Positions 1 through 16,545 of a stretch of DNA of 64,000 nt are shown piece after piece. The notes beneath the pieces were generated by a model that had not been told where the DNA came from, did not search any database, and saw only the letters and a list, made by a program, of their open reading frames with translations. The position numbers were made by a program, and so were the translations under genes. The stretch is from Piromyces finnis finn (lineage: Eukaryota > Fungi > Neocallimastigomycota). Every line of letters begins with the position of its first letter. Positions within the stretch are counted from its first letter, which is position 1. The stretch covers positions 620,001-684,000 of the forward strand of contig MCFH01000006.1 in the NCBI GenBank assembly GCA_002104945.1. Direction: 5' to 3'.

Positions 1-105
1 AAATGGATTTTAATAGCAAATGTAATTATTTTTTTTTTATAAATATACAATAACACCAACAAAAAACAACAATAATAAACATAATAATAATAATAAACAT
101 AATAA

Positions 106-201
<96 letters not shown>

Positions 202-210
202 TAATAATAA

Positions 211-278
<68 letters not shown>

Positions 279-945
279 TAGGAATGTATTAAAAGAAACA
301 ACTTCTTCAGTTTCTTTTCAATTGTTGCCGGTCTTAACTTAACACCAGTTTCAAGATTAAAAAAGACATGGGATGTAAGATACAAAAAAATATATATATA
401 ATAAAATACATGTATAAAAAATCTCAAATTTATGATAATAATTATTTATTATTAGGGTTTATCTGAAAAATACACTAAATTATGGAATGAGCTTGAAAAA
501 ATATGTGATCCATCAAGAAATATGAAGAATTACAGAGATTTATTATTAAAATCTACACCACCGATTGTTCCATTTTTACGTAAATTTTCTTTAATAATAA
601 TATTTATATATATTATTATTTAAATAATTTTGTTTAATAATAAATAATAAAAAAACAACCTTTTATTATATTGATATATACATACATAAAATAGCAATAT
701 ATTTAAAAGATCTAACATTTATGAATGATGGTAATGAAGCTAAAATTAATGGAATGATTAACTTTGATAAATTACGTATGATGGCAAAAAGAGTAAAAGA
801 TATATCAAAATTGGTTAATTATTCATATACCAATATAAATATTGATAATACATTACAGAATTATATATCTCATCCAATGACAAAGGATTTGAAAGATTTG
901 AAAAATTTAAGTTTAACTATAGAACCAAAAGAAACCAAAAAATAA
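1..945 (+). CDS. RasGEF (CDC25-type) domain protein, 3' part; gene starts upstream of the window
   Basis: Manually spliced exons 1-21, 282-374, 456-579 and 695-945 with GT..AG introns give KWILIAN/ECIKRNNFFSFFSIVAGLNLTPVSRLKKTWD/GLSEKYTKLWNELEKICDPSRNMKNYRDLLLKSTPPIVPFL/PIYLKDLTFMNDGNEAKINGMINFDKLRMMAK. These match typical RasGEF motifs (NNF..AIVAGL, VSRLKKTW, PFLxIYLKDLTF, INFxKLR). Confidence 0.9.
111..279 (+). repeat. (AAT)n microsatellite inside a RasGEF intron
   Basis: Directly visible. It is the source of the spurious poly-Ile ORF 26..427(-). Confidence 0.95.
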
Positions 946-2787
946 TTAAGAATATACGCTATTGATTATATATTATGTATTCTATATATAATTTAATATA
1001 TTTTTTTTTTTCCCGTTTTTTAGTTACAACAAAAACAAACAAACAAATAAACAAACAAAAAAAAAAGAAAGAAAAATAAAACATAAAAGATATCATAATA
1101 TACATATATACTGTTTAAAAAGAATTAAAGTTGAATAAAATATAATAGTATTATTTTTAATAAAAGTTAATTGTTAAAGAAAAAATAATTCTTTTAATAA
1201 AAGATTATTTAATAAGAGAGTTTTTGCTATTTTTTATTTCTTTATATTTAATAATGTGAAATATTAAATATAATGAAAGTAATATCTATTATATATTAGT
1301 TCCCTTTTTTTAATAGTTTTCAAGATTTATAATCTATCCTTTTTTTTTATTATTATTATTTTATTTTAGTTATTTAAAGTATTTCAAATTAATAGATTTC
1401 TCTTTTATTTTAAAATAATATTAAAAAATGTGGATTTTAAATTAATATAGGATAAATTCTATATTAAGATTTTTATACACTAAAATATTTAATTTATTAA
1501 TAATACATTGATATAATAAATTATTAATATATTATGAATAATTTAAAAAATGTTTAGAATTAATATTTAATTATTTAATAGTTTATTTATTTAAATATTT
1601 ATTATTCGTTTATTCAATTAATTATTTTTTCTTTTTTCTTTTTTTTTTTTTTTTTTTTTTTTCTTTTTATATTATAAAGGTATCTAATTTTTCTAATTTT
1701 TTTTATTATTATTTTTATTTTTAGTTTTTATATAATTATTTCTTTTTTAAAAAAAAATTTAAATGAGATGGTTTGAAGTTGATTCATCAGAATTTAACTA
1801 ATAATTTGCCTGTTTTTAAATTAAACTTGATTTACCTAATTCAGTATAACTTTAATTTATTTCCCATGTTCCATGTTGATACTTGAACCATCGTTTATTT
1901 TTCATGCATATTGTTAATGTACTTATAATGTTCACAGAATATGATGAATATAATACAATATTAAATAATATAATATTATATAATATTCATAATAGATAGA
2001 GTCTTTTTTTTTTTTTTCATTTCATTCTATTTTAATTTTTTATTTTCATTATTGTTTAATATTTTTATTCAATAATAATCCTTTTTTTTTTTTTTTTTAA
2101 TTCATTCTTATTTGATCATGAATCTTTACTTGAATTAATGCAATACTATTGGCATGCAATGAAGTAATACTTTGTTGACGTTTAAAATTGTTTATAGTTG
2201 ACATCCTACGCATGTTTTAATATTTTACTTTATTGTAAAAATATTATTTGTACATGATTTAAAAATGTATTACATATTGTACATTGATCTTAATTATTAA
2301 ATTAATTTTGGAATTTAAATCAATTTATAATATATTGATATGTAACAATTTATTATATAATAATATATTAAGAAATAATATAAATTAATAAGTATTTATC
2401 AAGAGATCGAATAGTTTCTTTTTAATATAAATGCTCATATATTATAAATTGAAAATTTTATATATGGAAATAAATGAATTCAATTTTATTTGTCGGATAA
2501 CACATAATATTACAATTTTTTTTTTTTTTTTTTTTTTTCTACACTCACAAAAATCTTCATTATTAATCAAAGGTAAATAATACTATTAAAAGTGTGTATA
2601 TATATAAAAGATTGAATTACTTTTTTTTTTTTTTTTTACTATATTATTATATATAATTACTATAAATTTATTTTTTTTATTATAGAATAAAATTAAAAAG
2701 TTTTTGTATTTATTTATTATTTTAATTTAATTATATAATTTATTAATTTCAATACATTTTAATACTTTGTAAATTATAAAAAGAAAA

Positions 2788-4378
2788 ATGGCTGAAGCAA
2801 GAATTTATAATACTGTTTTAGAAGCTATTGGTAATACCCCATTAGTTCGTTTAAATAAGATTCCACAATCTTTAGGTGTTGATTGTGAAGTTTGTAAGTA
2901 AAATAAAAAAAAAAGAAAAATTAAATAAAAAATAAAAAATATTTTATATAAAAATAAAAAATAATTTATAATAAATTTAATGAAATAGATTTTTTTATTA
3001 TTAATACATCATTTTAAAATATAATTGCTTTAATAAAATTTATGAATATTATATTAATCATAATTATGGATTATATATAGTGGTTAAATGTGAATGGTTC
3101 AATGCTGGTGGTAGTGTTAAAGATAGAATTGGTCTTCGTATGGTCGAAGATGCTGAAAAGGCTGGTATTCTTAAGCCAGGATCTACTATTATTGAACCAA
3201 CTTCAGGTAATACCGGTATTGGTTTAGCTTTAGCTGGTGCTGTTAAGGGTTACAGAGTTATTATTACTCTTCCAGAAAAGATGAGTAAGGAAAAGTGTGA
3301 TGTTTTAAAGGCTTTTGGTGCTGAAGTTATTCGTACCCCAACTGAAGCCGCTTGGGATTCTGAAGAATCTCACATTGGTGTTGCTAAGAAATTAAACAAG
3401 GAAATTCCAAACTCTGTTATTTTAGATCAATACGGTAACCCAAGTAACCCACTTGCTCACTATGATGGTACTGGTGAAGAAATTTACAAGGCTACTGGAG
3501 GTAAGGTTGATTACTTCTTCGCTAGTGCTGGTACTGGTGGTACTATTACTGGTACTGCTAAAAAGTTAAAGGAAAAGATTCCAAACATTAAGGTTGTTGG
3601 TATTGATCCATTCGGTTCAATTATTGCTAGACCAGAAAGTTTAAATGATGGTATTTACTCTTACAAGGTTGAAGGTATTGGTTACGATTTTATTCCAGAT
3701 GTATTAAACTACCAATACATTGATGAATGGATGAAGAGTGAAGATAGAGAATCATTTGTTATGTCTCGCAGATTAATTCAAGAAGAAGGTCTCTTATGTG
3801 GTGGTTCCGCTGGTGCCACTGTTTACAGTGCTCTTAAATATGCCAAGGAACACAATTTAAAGAAAAGTGATAGAATTGTTATTTTATTAGCTGATTCAGT
3901 CAGAAATTACATGACTAAGTTCTTAGATGAAAGATGGATGGAAAACAATGATTACTATAACACTACTGGAAGAAAGAATATTAGAAACAATTACGGTAAT
4001 GCTACTATTAAGGACTTAGGTTTAAGTCCAGCTAAGACTGCTTCATTTAACACTACTATTAAAGAAGCTTATGAAATTTTAAAGACTGAAAATAAGGAAC
4101 AATTACCAATTGTTAATGAAGATGGTACTGTTAATACTTTTGTTTCTATCAGATCTATTCTTGATGCTATATCTGAAGGTAAAAATACCTTTGAAGATTC
4201 AGTTTCTAAGATTAGTACAAAATTCAGTAATGATAATTCTTTAAGTATTGATGCTAAGTTAACCTATGCCATCACCTTATTCGATAAGCAAACTGATATA
4301 TATGCTGTTGACAAGAATAATGATGTTTACCAAATTAAGAGTGTTGACTTATTAAACTATCTTACTAAGAAGAACTAA
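2788..4378 (+). CDS. CYS4: Cystathionine beta-synthase (PLP fold-II catalytic domain plus C-terminal CBS/Bateman domain; no N-terminal heme extension)
   Basis: Exon 1 is 2788-2893 (MAEARIYNTVLEAIGNTPLVRLNKIPQSLGVDCEV), intron 2894-3080 (GTAAGT..TAG), exon 2 is 3081-4378. Motifs include KCEWFNAGGSVKDR (PLP lysine), EPTSGNTGIG, GTGGT, YKVEGIGYDF and EGLLCGGSAG. Confidence 0.95.
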
Positions 4379-5034
4379 ATTTGGAAAAAATATTTTCATC
4401 AATAATATAGATAAAATAGTATATTAAATGTTTCAAACAATAAGCAAAGCAATTGAAATTTAATATCCATTGTATAATTAAAAATAGTAAAAAATATAAT
4501 TTGATTATATAACAGATTATAGTTTCAAAATAATATATATATAAACATAATACAATCAGAATAAAAAAAAATAATAACGATCACCAAAATAAACGTTAAT
4601 TCATTTTATAAGTATAAAAAGTACATATAGTATAAAAACATAAAATATCATTTAGTTATCATATATTAATTATCATAATAAATTAAAAATTACTATAATT
4701 AATAATGAAGATGTTAATTACTAACTATAGTATTTAACGCTTTTTTTTTTTTTAGAAAAAAAAATATTTTATAAAAAAAATAATTTAATAAAACGTAAAT
4801 AACATAAAAAAAATAATATTATTAAAATGAAAAAAAAAAAAAAATGAAAAAAAGAATTAATGATTTAGTGTTTTAGAATTAAATATTTGTATTTGTATAT
4901 AATTAATGAGTGTAAATTTAATTTGATAAAAATATTAAGAATTCTACTGAAAGAAAGGTAAAAAAAAAAGTTTTTTTTTTTTTTTTCTTCTTCCTTTTAC
5001 AGTTATTTAGGTCTCTTGTTTCATGTATATATAC

Positions 5035-5069
<35 letters not shown>

Positions 5070-5117
5070 ATTTCTATGGGAAACTATTTTTTGATAAATT
5101 TATTAAGATATCATAAA

Positions 5118-5261
5118 TAACGCCGAAGTCATACCGAACTTTCCAAATGTTCCGTACACAAGGGTCAATCGTTTATAATTTTAACGAATGAAATTCTTAA
5201 TGCCTCATAGGTGAATTTAGTGAACGTTACATACACTAACCTATCTTACGGTTTTTCTTTT
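5118..5261 (+). ncRNA. Candidate structured non-coding RNA (unidentified)
   Basis: GC-enriched island with three hairpins readable by eye (5131-5157, 5169-5187, 5207-5244), followed by a T-run. No convincing ORF and no recognised RNA family. Confidence 0.2.
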
Positions 5262-5481
5262 AATTTTATTTCCCCTAAAGAAATATTAGAAATATAGGAT
5301 AATGAAAGAAAACTATTATGTTGCTTCATCCTCATAAAATATAATGAAAAAAAAAAAAAAAAATTAAAGCTTGAAATGATATAATAGTTTTCTTTTGTTA
5401 TATTTTATAATTTTTAAATTTATAGGTTTATATATATTGTATTTTATTAAAATGTGTATTACTTAATATATCTATTTAAAT

Positions 5482-5519
<38 letters not shown>

Positions 5520-8106
5520 TACAGTACTTTACTCTAAATAGTTAAACAAATTTCACTTTATATTAAATTTTCTTTTAACTAAAATTCATTACGAGTACTT
5601 TTATATATTTAATAATAACACTATTTATTATTATTTTTTTTTATAATATTATTTTATAATTAAGTAATATTATAAAAAAAAAAAAAAGAAACAATTTTGA
5701 TTTTGTGTTAATCAAATCTAAAACTTTTTTTTTTTTAACAAATAATCTATATAGTATTATAAATGTATTCATATGCAATAAACAATAAATATTATTATTT
5801 TTATTTGCTTTGATAAAATATTTTCTATTAAAAGTTCCAAAAAGTAATAATATGTTTATTCCGTTAATTGAAAAGATATATAAAATTTAATAGTATTTAT
5901 ACCTTATACCAAAATTTATTTTAACCATAATTTTCTCATTTCTTTTTAATGTTATCAAAAATAATTTTTTCATTATGAGTATATAATGTAATCGTTTTAA
6001 TTTTTTTAATTTTTTTTATAAAAAATGAAATAAATCAATATATATATAGTTATGACATCAAACAATTACAATTTGAAAAGATATACTGATATATTTGATT
6101 TTTAATAGTATCTATTTTATATGAATGATATATCATAATTTCTTATTGATGATTTGTTATTTTATATTATCCTAAGTATTTAATGATATAAAATATAATT
6201 ATATATTACATTTTTTCAATCGCTTTTTTATATATAAAATAAAATAAATAATAATTATTTACTTTTATTTTTCCTTTAAGCAAACCCAAATAATTTTTTT
6301 TTTTTTTGCTAATTATAAAATTTTAATATAAAATTAATTAATCAAATAAAATTTAATTAAATTACACATTAGAAAAATAACTTTAATAAATAAAAAATAA
6401 ATTAAAAAAGAGAAAAAATTAAAAATTTAAAATGAGACATATCGATATGAAATAGAAAGACACAAAAAAAATTATGCTGATATTATGTGAAATTATGAAA
6501 TTACTTTGCATAAAAATAATAAAAAAAAGGATTTAATATTTAATATTAATAATATTTAATGTTAATAATAATGCATAATATGCAAGAGGGTGAAAATATA
6601 TATTTTATTAATATATTAATGAATAAATGATCTGTTAAATAAAAAATTTATTATAAATCGATGTAATAATAGTAAAATTATATATGGTTGTTACTAGATA
6701 TGATGGTTATATATAGTGTATAATGTATATTAGTTGATATTAGTAGAAAATATCTTTTTTTAAATAATGAAAAAGTTTTATTATTGTATAAATAATTATG
6801 CTAATGCGATTCAATTCCTTCATGTAAATTTTATTATATAACCTCGTGTATATATACGAAATAAATATATTTGAGGAATATACAATATTATTTATATTTT
6901 TTTTAAAAAATATATACAATTTTAATATAATAAAAAAAAGAACAGTAGAATTTATTAATAATGATTTGATATTTGATTATTTTTATTTATATAGCAATTT
7001 GTAATTAAAAAAAATTAATAATATATATCATAAAAAGCTTATAATATCTTATTAATTGATGAATAAGAATATTGAATAGGATATTAATATAATTATACTT
7101 CAATTTGAATAATATTATGCGTAATATTTTTAAGGAGTTAAACGACTTTTTAATGATGTTGTTAGTAATATTCATCGTAAGAAATATGAATTTTAGGAAA
7201 AGAGATTTAAATGGTGTTATTCATTATAATATTTTGCTTCTTCTCAGAGTAATAGCATTAATCCTCAAAATTGATATAATTTAATTTCATAGAATAATTT
7301 TTATAAAAAAAAAGAATTCGTTTTTATAACCCAGAACAATTTGGTTTTTATTATAGGAAAATATTTTTCTTAATTAAGAAAAAATAAACTTAATAGCAGA
7401 TATATCCATAGACATTAACTTTTCATTCAAGAAATGTTGTTTTTTTTTAATGATATTTAAAAAGATATGATTTAACCCCCATTAGTAATACTATATTAAA
7501 TGGACAATATTTACAGTAGATTATAATTAAAAGATCATGAAGAATAAAATAGAAATAAAATTTAATAGGAATAGATAGTTTTAATTTTTTTATCTATAGT
7601 AAAAAAATCTATATAGATTTTTATGTTATATTGTTATTAATTAAAAAAAAAAAAGACCTAATTTAGATTGTTTTTGATATTTTTTGAGTTTTATTTTCTT
7701 TTTTTATTATTTTTATTATTATTATTATTCAATATATCTATTTTTTCTATGAATTTTGTTATTATTATTATTATTATTATTATATATTTTATTTTAAATA
7801 CATTTAAGATAATATATTTATGTATTTTAGGATAAAGAAAAAATATTAAATATATGGAATGTAAATATTAAAAAAAATCTATAATGTGAATTGTGCATTT
7901 ATATACATATGCTTTTTATGATTTAGCCATGTTAAAAATATATAAAATTTAAATAGATTTATTTCATTCAAAAAAGAAATTTTTTTTCTTTTTTTTTCTT
8001 TTTCTAATGAAAATAGTTTAGTTCAATGATAATATAATATTATAAAATCTTTATGTTGATGATGATATCATTTATGTCATTTATATCATATTTTTTATAC
8101 ATCCTA

Positions 8107-10592
<2,486 letters not shown>

Positions 10593-11134
10593 TTTTCCCT
10601 ATAAAAATTTTTTTTTCTCAAAATTCCTTTTTTTTCTTTGTTTATATGTATAAATAAAAGGATTTTATATTATTTATATTATTTATTTAAAATAACTATA
10701 TATAAAAAAACTACATTCAAAGCTTTTATAATTTTATCTCTTAATATATAATATATATATATTTTTTTTTGAAAAACTTTCCCTTAATTAACTTTTTATT
10801 TTTTAAACTTTAAATAAAAATTTTAAAGTTTAAATGAAAAACATGTTTTCCTTTCAATAATATATATATTATGTATATTATATAATAAAAACCAAAATTG
10901 GAAAGAAAATTTTAAACTGCTATTATTATGAAAAAAAAGAAGATATAAAATAATAATACTAAATAACTATTTATTATCCCTTTACATAATAAAATGTTAA
11001 TATTAAATTTAAAAAAAAAAAGTTTAAAAATGAGTTATAAAAAATATTTTTAATTTATAAAAAAGTATAAATCTGATATATAAATATTATAATCTTGATT
11101 TTTTAAAAGTTTTCATTGTTTACAAAACTTACTC

Positions 11135-11475
<341 letters not shown>

Positions 11476-12354
11476 GTTTATTATTTAGCGGTAGCAACTT
11501 TTTTAAAATTTTTATTAATTAAAATTTTATTAAAAAATAAAAAAAAATAAAAAAAGGTATATCCTTTACCTGAGTGTTGCCCATAATTGGCCAATAACTT
11601 TAGGCATAGTTTTGTTAAGAAATTTCCAAATGATCGACAAAAACGGTTTACTAATATTTATTTATTTATTTATTTGTATATTATTATTATTATTAGTAGT
11701 AGTAGTAATAGTAACGGCAGCAAATTTTCAAACTTTTATTTTAATTAAAAATATAATAAAATGTAATTAAAAAAAATAAATTTAATAAATAATAAATTTA
11801 AAAGTATAAAACAATGGGTGTTAATGTTATATTTTAATTATTTAAAAAAAAAAAAAAGGCCACCTAACTATTATATCTATTATTAAATGTAATAATTGTA
11901 CTTTATATTAAATGGTTGTTTTTATTTGAAACATCAAAATATATATATATTCATTATTACAAATAATTTACCCAATAATTCATATATAAAATTATTATCT
12001 ATAAAAATTGACCTGGAGATTTATTATTATTATTATTTATAGAGAATATGTGTAAAGAAGGAAAAAAAAAAAAACTTTTTTCTTTTAAATAATAACTTTT
12101 ATTTTTAAAAATAATTTATTTCTTTTTATATATATTTACTTCAATAATTACAAATTCAATTTTAAATAAAATTTCTATAACGAAAGATGAGTAATAACTT
12201 TCTCTTTTTTTAATAAAAAAAATAATTAAAATAATTTAAAAATATAGATAATATTGAGTATAATTTGGATTTTATAAATGGCGTAGAGTATATATATTGT
12301 TAATTACATTTTTTAAAAGATACACTATCTTTTACTCTCATCGGGAAAAGGTAT

Positions 12355-14247
12355 TTATTTACATTCACTTGGAAGATCGAAATTATCAGTGTAAACAATT
12401 TTAGATCCAGTTTCTTCAGGTGGTTGAGCATTAACACCCATACCACGCTTAGCAAAACCTTTCCAGATAGCACAATGTAATTTACTGTCGTTGAAACGTT
12501 GTTTTTGGGCAAGAACAAGAGCATCACGAGCTTCTAAGAAGCTTGGGTTACATGGTTGAATCTTTACAGCATCAATAACAAGTTGAATAGCAAGAACATT
12601 ACCTTCTGATTTACTATTAATGTTACCCTTTGAAACATCTTCGGAAACACCACGTAATTCAATAAAGTTCCATAATACTTCATTTAAAGCGTTAACCCAA
12701 ACTTCACCACCTTCATGGCATTCTAATTGACCATTTGCATTATAGGTTAATGAACTGTAGGTTAAGTTATTAATAGTCATATCAGAACAAATTGGCTTTG
12801 ATCTGGCATAAGTACCGTAAAGCCATTCAAACATATTATGAGCATCACTGCGTTTACTTGATTTAGTAAGTTCCATAGCAATAGCAAAGAAATCACTCCA
12901 ACCTTCACTAAGAGCATTGGATTCATCACTACTTAAGCATGAAGTCTTATCTGGTCCACCAGTTAAACGTTGAGTAACACCATGACTGTACTCATGAATA
13001 ATAATTTGATTGACAAAGGATGAATCTCTTTCTGGAGATTTTGAAGTGAATGGGTAGAGTCTCATTTTTGGTGAGTAACCATCAACTGGAGTAGCAAAGT
13101 TAGCGTTGTTAGTACCAGAACGATCTTGAATTAAAACTTTAACTGGGTCGTTACCAGCACCACCCTTACCAAAGTTGTTGACTTGGAAATTACCAAATTG
13201 TTCATTGAAACCAAATTTGTAGTAGACATCGTGTAATTTGTTAGTTAAAACGAATACATTGGTAGCAGCGGCACCAAAGTAACTTTCAACCTTTTTAGAA
13301 TTAAGATCTAATGGGTAATCAAAAATTAAGTCAGCACCACCATAGGCTCTATTGGTTACCATATCAATTTCAGAACCTTGATGATTTTCTTGAACGATAA
13401 TATTGTTACCAGAGGTATCATTTGATGTAGTTTTTTCATCAGTTTTATGCCATCCTAATGGGGAAGCATTTTTATCGTATGGATCAACAAAAAGCATACG
13501 TCCACCAGTGATATCAACCTTATTCCAAGGAATAGCATTGTAAACGGCATGACTAGCAATGTTTTCAACATTTAATAAACCACCAGTAGTACTACTTACT
13601 CTAGCTAAATACCATATTTGACCAACTTCAAGAGATAATTCCCATACACTGTCAACATATTTTTCAGAAATAGTAATATATTTCTTTTCAGCTCTTGCCT
13701 TTTTATCAATAGTAAATTTGACACCATCGATAGTGTAAATACCATTCTTTTCTGTAAATTCAGTTTCATCTTTATCATATGGATAGTTGAAGTATTCAGC
13801 AACTTTAGCTAAAGCATCTTCAACATCTAAATTTAAATCTTCAAGTCCATGATCAGCTGGGTTAAATGGTTCAACATCTTCCCATACAGCAATACCTGAA
13901 GAAATAATAGATCTACTTGGAATATCAATGTTAATGTTGGCAGCACTATTGATAATTTCATAACCATTTACAGCTTGAGAAACATGAACATAAGCTGTTT
14001 TAGCTTCATCATTTCTTAAAACATTTCCAATCTTAAATTCCATGTTTGGATAATCTCTTTTTAAAGCATCAAGAGAAATTTGTGTTATATTTAATGGTGT
14101 TGCAACTGCACTGCTAACAGCAGCTGAACTCTGTGCTGGTTTTTCGTAATATTTAACAGTTTTCTTTGGGAAAAAACCACCAGCATTAGCAGCTGAAAAA
14201 ACAGAAGATGCAATGATTAAAGCATTCTTTAAATTACAGTATTTCAT
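12355..14247 (-). CDS. Secreted M36 (fungalysin) metalloprotease with signal peptide and propeptide
   Basis: Intronless 630-aa ORF. It has an N-terminal signal peptide, the zinc motif HEYSH, a downstream LSEGWSD, and the family motifs NNANFATPVDGYSPKMRLY, HEGGEVW and QPCNPSFLEARDA..GFAKRGMG. Confidence 0.93.
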   Translation of the reverse strand: MKYCNLKNALIIASSVFSAANAGGFFPKKTVKYYEKPAQSSAAVSSAVATPLNITQISLDALKRDYPNMEFKIGNVLRNDEAKTAYVHVSQAVNGYEIINSAANINIDIPSRSIISSGIAVWEDVEPFNPADHGLEDLNLDVEDALAKVAEYFNYPYDKDETEFTEKNGIYTIDGVKFTIDKKARAEKKYITISEKYVDSVWELSLEVGQIWYLARVSSTTGGLLNVENIASHAVYNAIPWNKVDITGGRMLFVDPYDKNASPLGWHKTDEKTTSNDTSGNNIIVQENHQGSEIDMVTNRAYGGADLIFDYPLDLNSKKVESYFGAAATNVFVLTNKLHDVYYKFGFNEQFGNFQVNNFGKGGAGNDPVKVLIQDRSGTNNANFATPVDGYSPKMRLYPFTSKSPERDSSFVNQIIIHEYSHGVTQRLTGGPDKTSCLSSDESNALSEGWSDFFAIAMELTKSSKRSDAHNMFEWLYGTYARSKPICSDMTINNLTYSSLTYNANGQLECHEGGEVWVNALNEVLWNFIELRGVSEDVSKGNINSKSEGNVLAIQLVIDAVKIQPCNPSFLEARDALVLAQKQRFNDSKLHCAIWKGFAKRGMGVNAQPPEETGSKIVYTDNFDLPSECK

Positions 14248-16401
14248 TTTGAATTTTCTTTATAAATTTTAAATTATTGTTTAAGTATGTATATTAATAG
14301 ATTATTTAATTTTTTTTTTAAAAAAAAAAAAACAGTTAAAATTAATTAATATTTTTTTTTAAAATTTAATAATTTATGAATTTTTATATATTATATAAAT
14401 TAAAATTAATACTTACTTTTTATATATCCAATATTATACAAATAATTTTAATTTATAAACAATACAATTTTATTTACTTTTTTACTGTTAAAAATATTAA
14501 ATTCAATATATTTACAAATTCTTTTTATTATTATAAATAATAATAATTATGTTAAAAAAAGAATTAATAAATATAATGTTAAAAAATATAAATATATATA
14601 TAAACTATATCAAATAGTTTTTTATTATTTTTTTTTTGTATATATTACAAAATTCAAAAAAAGATCTTTTAATTCTCTTTTTTAAAATCTTTATTTATAT
14701 ATAAAAATAATTTTTTTAATAAAATTACTTTTTTAAATTAGATAATAAATATTTATAAATACAAAATGATAATAATAAATTAACTTTTAAAAAATATTTT
14801 AAATACTTTTTGAGAATATTTATATGAAATTTTGAATTGTTTATATGATGATTATGGAATTTTTTTTTAATTTATTTTTTATGTTTAAGAATTTATTCAA
14901 AATATATTAAATTATTTAAAATAATATATGTGGCTATATATATTATTATATTAATAGTATGAATTAAGTATATAAAACATTAAGTAAATTTATATATTTT
15001 ATTATAATAAAATATTACCAATTTTTCTTTAATTAAGTTTTGTCTTTTAAATTTCATTGGAAATAAAATAATATTTTATAACAACGGTTAATAATTATAC
15101 ATATATTAGAATATATTATTTATATATCTAAAATGCAGGTGTAACCATTAAAAATTAATTAATAACTCTATATATAACGGTTAAATTTTTAAAATCATTT
15201 TTTTAATATATTTTATATATAATAAAAATATTTGTATAATAATAAATTAATTTTATTATATAATAAATATATTTGATAATTTAAACTAATATTTTTCTAT
15301 AATTAGAGAATAGTATTATTCATAATATATTATATTATAATTTAATATATTTAATATATATGATTATCTAATAATTATATAATAAATACAAACATTTTAT
15401 TTAATTAAAATTAAATCAATATGGTAATAATATATTATTTTAATATTACACAAATTTTTAATCTATTTTTTTAATTAATTATAAGAACCTTATAAAATAA
15501 TATACTCCATGTGGTACAATAATGGTATTTAATAAATTTTAATATAAAATTAATTTTAAAAATTATTAAATAATAATATTATGATATGAAATATTTCCGT
15601 TTTTTTTTTTTGTTCCTATTGACAGAATATTAGGCAATTATATTTTGAAAATGTAGAAATGTTTATACTGTAGATTTTACAAACTTTAAAGAAGCATCTT
15701 AAAATATTATACTATTAAAATTATAAACTATGAATTAATTTTCGTATATATAATTTTTAAATTCCTATATTTGAATAAATATTATTTAATTTAGAACTAG
15801 AATTACATATAAAAAAGTTAACATGATCACATTAATATAGGATGAAATTTTACATTAAAAATAATAATTGTTAAGTAATCACATTCCTAAATCATAATTA
15901 TTTGTTTCAGTGTTTACTATTTATTAAATAAAAAAAATAAAATGAACCATACATAAACTATCAAATTATAAAAATTAAAAATTAAAATAATAAATAAGGT
16001 TTGAATTTATTAATTTTTTAAAATTTTTTAAAAATCAAGGTATATAGGAATTAATTTTCACTCCTTAGTTTATGCCTAAGTATGTTAATGGTTGCTATTT
16101 TTTGCTTTTTTTTTTTTTGAAAATTGACAATTAGGAACCTTTTTTTTTCTCCTTCATAAGAGTGATATTACATTTAAATGAGTTTCTTTTTTTTAAAAAA
16201 AAAAAAAAGGCCATATATAATTTATTTATATATATTTAATAAAAAATTTATATAAAAAAAAATAAGGGCTGTTATTAAAAAAAAAAGCACCATAAGCAAC
16301 ATAGATAATGAAATATAAAAATCAATGTATAGATAATAAAGTAATAGCATAAAATAATTATTATCAATAGTAAATAATAAAAAATATCATAAATATATAA
16401 T

Positions 16402-16545
16402 AATATTATTAATAATAGCATCATTATTAATATTAAATAATATGAATATTATTAATAATAGCATCATTATTAATATTAAATAATATGAATATTATTAATA
16501 ATAGCATCATTATTAATATTAAATAATATGAATATTATTAATAGT
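16402..16545 (+). repeat. 43-bp tandem repeat, about 3.3 copies, followed by degenerate partial copies to about 16630
   Basis: The unit AATATTATTAATAATAGCATCATTATTAATATTAAATAATATG is repeated directly. Confidence 0.85.

Noticed and set aside
26-427. Poly-Ile, poly-Tyr and poly-Asn ORFs (also 8784..9005, 11116..11550, 11129..11497, 9951..10148)
   Set aside because: Translations of (AAT)n, (TATTAC)n or (TGT)n microsatellites, mostly inside introns.
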